In this document: positions 58,859 through 64,000 of the stretch, one piece after another
Layout: the number at the start of each line of letters is the position of its first letter
Numbering within the stretch: the stretch's first letter is position 1
Assembly (NCBI GenBank): GCA_963788195.1
Contig: CAWBGA010000004.1
Span: 32,001 to 96,000 of the forward strand
DNA length: 64,000 nt
Direction of reading: 5' to 3'
Source of the DNA: Nitrospirota bacterium
Lineage (GTDB): Bacteria; Nitrospirota; Nitrospiria; Nitrospirales; NS-4
Program-made: the position numbers and the translations under genes
The notes under the pieces: model-generated
Seen by the model: only the letters and a program-made list of their open reading frames with translations
Databases searched by the model: none
What the model was told of the DNA's origin: nothing

Positions 58859-59970
58859 GCTTCCGGCTGGTATCGAATCCTACCAGGCAGTCGTGGAATG
58901 CCTTTGTCGTGTCACAGGCCGGGGCGGGTATCTGCCAGTCCTACGAATGGGGACAAATCAAACGGGCTCAAGGATGGGAGCCCCATTACATTGCAGTTGC
59001 CGATGACACCTCCTGGGTCGGGGCGACTCTCGTATTGTCCAAAAATCTTCCCGGTGGCGCCGGGGCATTATTGTATTCCCCCAACGGTCCCCTATCAAAT
59101 GCCGATTGGAATCGCGTGTTGCCCGTAATGCTAGAAGGTGTCAGCAAAATCGCGCAGAAAATTAGAGCCGTATTTTGGAGGATTGAACCGAGACTTCCGG
59201 TGAGGGATGAAAAAACGGACTCTGTGTTGGCGCAAATCGGATTTGTCTCCGTTCCTCAAGAGTGGTCATATTGGAACAGGCCGAAGTACGACATGCACTT
59301 GGAACTGCCGACAAAGGAAGATGAGCTGCTTAAAGGCTATGGAAAGAAGGATCGGTACAATATTCGTACGGCACTTAAGAAAGTGCGAATCTCCGCCAAC
59401 ACCGACGACAAGTCCCTGGAATCTTTTTACCAGCTACTGACAGGGACTGCGAAAAAGAAGCGAATTCTCATCCAAGATCTGGCGTATTTCCGACGATGCC
59501 GAGATATTTTGGCCGAAGCTGGGATGATGCAAATTTTTGTCGCAGAATGTGGTGGACAGCCGGTGGCAGCCGGCATTTCGACACGGTTTGGCCAGACTGC
59601 GATGCTCTTTCATATGAGTAATAATTACTCGGTTCCAAATGCCGGTGCGGCCGTTCAGTGGGAAATGGTGCGTTGGGCGATTGCACAGGGATGTCGCCTG
59701 TATGATTTTGCCGGTAGCGCAACTAATTTCCCTCCAAAAGAGACCGACAAAGGTTACGGGGTGTACCAATTCAAGCGAAGTTTCGGAGCGGAGATTGTCG
59801 CATGGTACGGGTACGCCGACTATATCTACAGGCCGGTTCTCTATGGCGTCTTTCGGACGATAGAGAGGAGCCTGCCCTATGGAGAAAGGCTGTTTCTGGA
59901 CTGGCCCAAGGGCCTTCTCTTCCGATTACGCCATCGCAAAAGCATCGCCAAGGACCACGACGCATCCTGA
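58855..59970 (+). CDS. FemAB/FemX-like aminoacyl transferase
   Basis: WN.FV....G...QSYEWG..K...GW; Y.P.GP; R.EP; RYNIR.A.KK; QWEM.RWA...G...YDF.G; GVYQFKRSFG. Confidence 0.85.
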   Translation: MSFRLVSNPTRQSWNAFVVSQAGAGICQSYEWGQIKRAQGWEPHYIAVADDTSWVGATLVLSKNLPGGAGALLYSPNGPLSNADWNRVLPVMLEGVSKIAQKIRAVFWRIEPRLPVRDEKTDSVLAQIGFVSVPQEWSYWNRPKYDMHLELPTKEDELLKGYGKKDRYNIRTALKKVRISANTDDKSLESFYQLLTGTAKKKRILIQDLAYFRRCRDILAEAGMMQIFVAECGGQPVAAGISTRFGQTAMLFHMSNNYSVPNAGAAVQWEMVRWAIAQGCRLYDFAGSATNFPPKETDKGYGVYQFKRSFGAEIVAWYGYADYIYRPVLYGVFRTIERSLPYGERLFLDWPKGLLFRLRHRKSIAKDHDAS

Positions 59971-59995
59971 GGGATGAGACGGACCATCATAAATA

Positions 59996-61180
59996 ATGGA
60001 GATTCTCTTCCTGACAGGCAACCTCCCTTATCCACCGACCGACGGGTGGAAAATCCGAGTCTTTTCCCTGATCCGTCATCTGTCGCGCCGTCATCGAGTA
60101 TCACTGGTTTCATTCATGCGAACCACGGAGGATCCGAAGGCCGTTGAAGCCTTGCGAACCTACTGTGCCGATCTGTGGGTGATCCCCAGAGATCCGCGAT
60201 ATTCACCGTGGAAGTTGTTTCTCGGCATGGTCGGCCAAACGGCATTTCCACTGCTTAACTATAGGGACCGACAGATGGAGGATCTCCTCAGGGAGGTCCT
60301 TCAAAAGCGCGCCTTTGACATCGTACAGGTCGAGAGCTTGGCTATGGCTCAATACTGCTCAGCAGCCTCATTTTCCACCGTCCTGGACTTGCACAATATT
60401 GAATCGCTGTTGATCAAGCGCTACGCACTGCAAGAAACAAATCTGCTGAAGCGCGGTTATGCAGAAATCATGTGGAGAAAGGTCGCCGCGTATGAACGGG
60501 CGACCTGTAAGAGGTTCACTCACTGCCTGACCTGTTCGGAAGAGGATCAACGTTTGGTACAAGCGTTTGCAGGAGTTGAACGTGTCACCGTCATCCCCAA
60601 CGGTGTGGATCTTCAAGCCTATACCCCTGACGGGACACCGCCGAAACCTTTTAACCGCCTGGTGTTCGTCGGTCGAATGGATTATCACGCCAATGTGGAC
60701 GGGGTCCGGTGGTTCTGTCGGGAAATCCTTCCCCACATACGCACGCAGAAACCGGATGTCGTGTTTCAGATCGTGGGCGGGTACCCGACGAACGATGTGA
60801 AGCGATTGGCTCGCCCTGGAGAGATAGAAGTGACTGGATTTGTCCAAGATGTGCGGCCCTACCTCAAAGAAGCGACAGCCGTGGTCGTCCCCCTGAGGAT
60901 TGGTGGCGGAACACGGTTCAAAATCCTCGAATCGCTCGCGATGGGTAAGGCCGTCATCAGCACGACTCTAGGAGCGGAGGGGATAGCTGCTATCGACGGG
61001 CGGGAAATTCTGTTGGCGGATCATCCAACGCAGTTTGCCGACAGAGTCATTGATGTCCTAGGGAACCCTGAATTGCAACAGTCTTTACACAATGCAGGCC
61101 GCGAATTGGTGGAGGCTCGCTATAGCTGGGCAAGCATTGGCAACTGTCTCGAACAAGTGTACGAAAGTTATTGTAGATGA
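59996..61180 (+). CDS. GT4 glycosyltransferase (PEP-CTERM Stp1-like)
   Basis: LPYPP.DG.KIR, HNIES, IPNGVD, FVGRMDY.ANVDG..WF, VVPLRIGGGTRFKILE..AMG. Confidence 0.92.
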   Translation: MEILFLTGNLPYPPTDGWKIRVFSLIRHLSRRHRVSLVSFMRTTEDPKAVEALRTYCADLWVIPRDPRYSPWKLFLGMVGQTAFPLLNYRDRQMEDLLREVLQKRAFDIVQVESLAMAQYCSAASFSTVLDLHNIESLLIKRYALQETNLLKRGYAEIMWRKVAAYERATCKRFTHCLTCSEEDQRLVQAFAGVERVTVIPNGVDLQAYTPDGTPPKPFNRLVFVGRMDYHANVDGVRWFCREILPHIRTQKPDVVFQIVGGYPTNDVKRLARPGEIEVTGFVQDVRPYLKEATAVVVPLRIGGGTRFKILESLAMGKAVISTTLGAEGIAAIDGREILLADHPTQFADRVIDVLGNPELQQSLHNAGRELVEARYSWASIGNCLEQVYESYCR

Positions 61181-61568
61181 GTCACGTCGCTGTCCGCCTT
61201 AAGGCGCGGCCTTCAGGCAGCACGTGTCCGAGAAGGTCGGGCCACCGTGGTGGCATTCCTATGGTTGCCACATGATGTTCATGCATCTCCCCTGAAGCCA
61301 TCTCCTATTTAATGAGGACACGGTCATAGCGATCCGTTCTCTTTATAGAGCCGACGGCGCGCAACATTGTGACGATGTGGAGGGCGGACTCAATCGAATG
61401 ACGATTCGCCGATTTGAGAATTTGGTACTGCATTCGGGGTTTCGCCTCCTCTGGCTCAGGTGCGTGCCCATAAGGGGCACGTCGCTGTTGGGAGGAAACG
61501 ATGGGGACGTGAATTCTTCATCTCCTTCGTGAAGGCACAATTGGTTAAGGTGTAAAGCCGCACTGAAG

Positions 61569-62723
61569 ATGTTTCTACAAGACGAAACCAAAACCGAAGC
61601 GGGAAACGTGAGGGTCTTGGCCTTAGTCGCCGCCGGGGAGGTGAGTGGCCCGACGCGTGGATTGTTCCAGTTGATCGAGTTGAGCAAAGACGCCGGCGTT
61701 CAGTTCGTTATCGGCATGTTTCTGGTACCCGGCTGGACTACCACTGCGTCCATCGAGCAAGGCAAACGGCGTGGTTTTCAGGTGGAAATGCTCTCTCAAC
61801 GTGGACGGTATGATCCGAGGCTCATATCTCAGGCTTGGAACCTGGTCAAGAAGTATGGCGTCGAGGTGCTGCAATCTCATGGTTACAAGCCGGCCTTGCT
61901 TGCGTGGTGCCTCAAATGCATTGCACGCATACCCTGGATCGCTTTCGCGCATGGATATACAAGCGAAAACCGTCGTATGGCTTTGTATAATCGGCTGGAT
62001 GTGTGGCTACTGCGACATGCCGATCGTGTAGTTGTAGTTTCAGAAGCGACCGGCCGCACCCTTGTGCAAGCCGGTGTTCCAGAAAAAATTATCCGCGTCA
62101 TCCACAATGCGATAGATCCCTATAATCACGAAGTGTCGGAAGACGGGTCAGAACTTCGCCAAGTCTGTCACGCAGGCCCTGCCGATTTACTTATTGGTGT
62201 GATTGGCCGCATGAGCGCGGAGAAAGGCCAGGAAGTGTTTCTGCAGGCTTTCACGATGGTGTTGAAGGTTTTACCGAGGGCCAGAGCGGTGTTGGTCGGT
62301 GCGGGTCAGGACATGGCGGCCTTGGAGGAACTGGTTCGCACCAACGGATTAGAAGAGCAGGTCACTTTTACCGGCTATCAGAGGAACACCGCCGCCGTCT
62401 ACGCCGCCTTGGACCTTGTAGTGATTCCCTCGTTCAGCGAGGGGTTGCCGAATGTCCTTCTTGAGGCCATGGTCCATCGAAAGCCTGTCGTGGCGACAAA
62501 CGTGGGCGGCATCCCGGAAGTAATGCAAGATGGGCTCTCGAAATTCTTGGTTCCTCCGGGCGATCCACAAGCAATGGCGGACGCGATCCTCGAAGTCCTT
62601 CGCGACTCCACGCTACGAAAGGAATTAGGAGAAGCAGGGGAAAGACGTGCTCGTGAAGCCTTTTCGCCGTCGCGGCGTGCGGCACAGGTAGTCGAACTCT
62701 ACAAAGAGGTTCGGAGACTCTGA
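61569..62723 (+). CDS. GT4 glycosyltransferase
   Basis: SHGYK, HG, VVVS, IHNAID, GR.S.EKG, VIPSFSEGLPNVLLEAM, VATNVGGIPEV. Confidence 0.93.
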   Translation: MFLQDETKTEAGNVRVLALVAAGEVSGPTRGLFQLIELSKDAGVQFVIGMFLVPGWTTTASIEQGKRRGFQVEMLSQRGRYDPRLISQAWNLVKKYGVEVLQSHGYKPALLAWCLKCIARIPWIAFAHGYTSENRRMALYNRLDVWLLRHADRVVVVSEATGRTLVQAGVPEKIIRVIHNAIDPYNHEVSEDGSELRQVCHAGPADLLIGVIGRMSAEKGQEVFLQAFTMVLKVLPRARAVLVGAGQDMAALEELVRTNGLEEQVTFTGYQRNTAAVYAALDLVVIPSFSEGLPNVLLEAMVHRKPVVATNVGGIPEVMQDGLSKFLVPPGDPQAMADAILEVLRDSTLRKELGEAGERRAREAFSPSRRAAQVVELYKEVRRL

Positions 62724-63901
62724 TGCGTATCGTGACCGTGATCTTTGTGATGTCTAGCCTGGCCCTGCTGCATACGTACGTCTTCTATCCCTTCGTTCTG
62801 CAACTAATGAGAAAAAAGCAGCATGGCGAACTGCGGGGCCGTTCGGACTTGAATGGCGGGGCTTTGCCTGGAGCGTCGCAGAGTCCGCCGATTGTTTCGG
62901 TCATCATTCCCTTCCACAATGAGGAGCGGTGGGTAGCGCGTAAGCTTGACAATCTTCTCTCATGTGATTATCCGGCGAACCGTCTCCAGGTGATCGCGGT
63001 CTCGGACGGATCGCGAGATATGACGACAAACATTTTGGAACGTTACAAAGATCGGATCCAGGTCATAGCGTATCAGCCTCGCCGTGGTAAGCCTACCGCC
63101 TTAAACCTCGGTGTGGCACACGCACAAGGAGAGATTCTTATCTTCACCGACGCGAATGTCATGCTTGAGCCGAAAGCGATTCGGGCGATGGTCGCACGAT
63201 ATGAGGATCCGACTGTAGGCGCAGTCTCCGGCAAGATTGCGCTACAGCCTGACGGCGCCGGCGAACCGCTGGGTGAAGGCATCTACATGCGCTATGAGCA
63301 GTGGCTCTACTCTCTCGAGAGTGAAATCCAAACAATGATCGTGGGCGATGGTGCGTTTTTTTCAGTGCGCAGGGAGTTGTTCACGCCACTTCCGTCTGAC
63401 ACCATTACAGATGACTTTGCACTAGCGCTCCAAGTGGTTGGCAAAGGCAGACGGCTGATTTACGAGCCGGCGGCATGCGGGGTGGAGGTGGTGATACCGA
63501 GTGTCAGCGCAGAGTTTGGGCGTAAGGTGCGGATGGTTGCCGGTGGGTATCAGGCTCTGGGACGCTTGCACTACCTGTTGAATCCGTACCGGTTTCCGTT
63601 GGTCGCGTTCCAACTTATTTCCCATAAGCTCCTGCGTTGGTGGGCACCGTTTTTCTTAGTGCCCGTATTCGTAGGCGCGGCTCTCAGGGCCGGAGATCAT
63701 CCTCTTTTCGCCGGGGCCTTGGCCGTGCAGTGTGTCTTTTATGGTCTCGCGGGAGCGGGCTGGAGTAGCGCCCGGCTGAGGCAACTCAGGGTCGTGTATC
63801 TGCCCTATTATTTTTGCGCGACGAACGTGGCGGCGGTTCAAGGGCTCTGGCGCTTCCTCCACAGGCGCCAAGCCATTACCTGGGAAAGGGTCGGCCGATG
63901 A
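62723..63901 (+). CDS. Membrane-bound GT2 glycosyltransferase
   Basis: N-terminal TM, SVIIPFHNEE, SDGS.D, GK..ALN, FTDAN, Y..YE, DDF, EF.RKVR...G, SHKLLRW, C-terminal TMs. Confidence 0.92.
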   Translation: MRIVTVIFVMSSLALLHTYVFYPFVLQLMRKKQHGELRGRSDLNGGALPGASQSPPIVSVIIPFHNEERWVARKLDNLLSCDYPANRLQVIAVSDGSRDMTTNILERYKDRIQVIAYQPRRGKPTALNLGVAHAQGEILIFTDANVMLEPKAIRAMVARYEDPTVGAVSGKIALQPDGAGEPLGEGIYMRYEQWLYSLESEIQTMIVGDGAFFSVRRELFTPLPSDTITDDFALALQVVGKGRRLIYEPAACGVEVVIPSVSAEFGRKVRMVAGGYQALGRLHYLLNPYRFPLVAFQLISHKLLRWWAPFFLVPVFVGAALRAGDHPLFAGALAVQCVFYGLAGAGWSSARLRQLRVVYLPYYFCATNVAAVQGLWRFLHRRQAITWERVGR

Positions 63902-64000
63902 CCGCAAGATCTGGAAATCGGGAGGTACAAACACAATCGGCCAATTGCACTCGAGGTGCTCGCGTCCGTGTATTGTCGAATATACCATCATTCGGCTCAG
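63898..64000 (+). CDS. Probable start of the next locus gene (truncated by the window)
   Basis: ATG overlaps the previous stop (ATGA) and the frame stays open to the window end; too short to assign. Confidence 0.3.
   Translation, partial: MTARSGNREVQTQSANCTRGARVRVLSNIPSFGS

Noticed and set aside
2601..63991. Numerous antisense or alternate-frame ORFs in the track (e.g. 2893-3759, 49641-50555)
   Set aside because: They are shadows of well-supported genes in GC-rich DNA, with no domain motifs

Overview
Bacterial window, probably Nitrospirota-like (inferred from the gene families, not verified). 1-6.9 kb: the 3' end of gltX, tRNA-Gln(CTG), an accessory block (HAF-repeat PEP-CTERM protein and a 1.1-kaa secreted G8/beta-helix/malectin protein), a 2Fe-2S ferredoxin and tRNA-Glu(CTC). 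7-10.7 kb: a GNAT, a hypothetical protein, a stand-alone receiver and two tandem LuxR-HTH regulators, transcribed divergently from a >53-kb surface-glycan locus that runs from 11 kb off the end of the window. The locus has PEP-CTERM/exosortase-A-type markers (two short OPX proteins, Wzc, priming sugar transferase, DUF3473 deacetylases, FemAB-like protein) and a Wzm with two Wzt. It also has gmd/perosamine-type genes, wecB, 9 glycosyltransferase genes and many tailoring enzymes: 8 methyltransferase domains, 4 deacetylases, 4 GNAT/FemAB, 3 DegT, 2 AsnB-like, a CoA ligase and a pyruvyltransferase. The best signal is an internal RfaH-like gene followed about 110 bp later by a perfect ops element (GGCGGTAGCCTG) at the head of the remaining 45 kb. 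About 18 frameshifts, all repairable as single-base insertions and nearly all in the first 17 kb, look like sequencing-consensus errors rather than biology.
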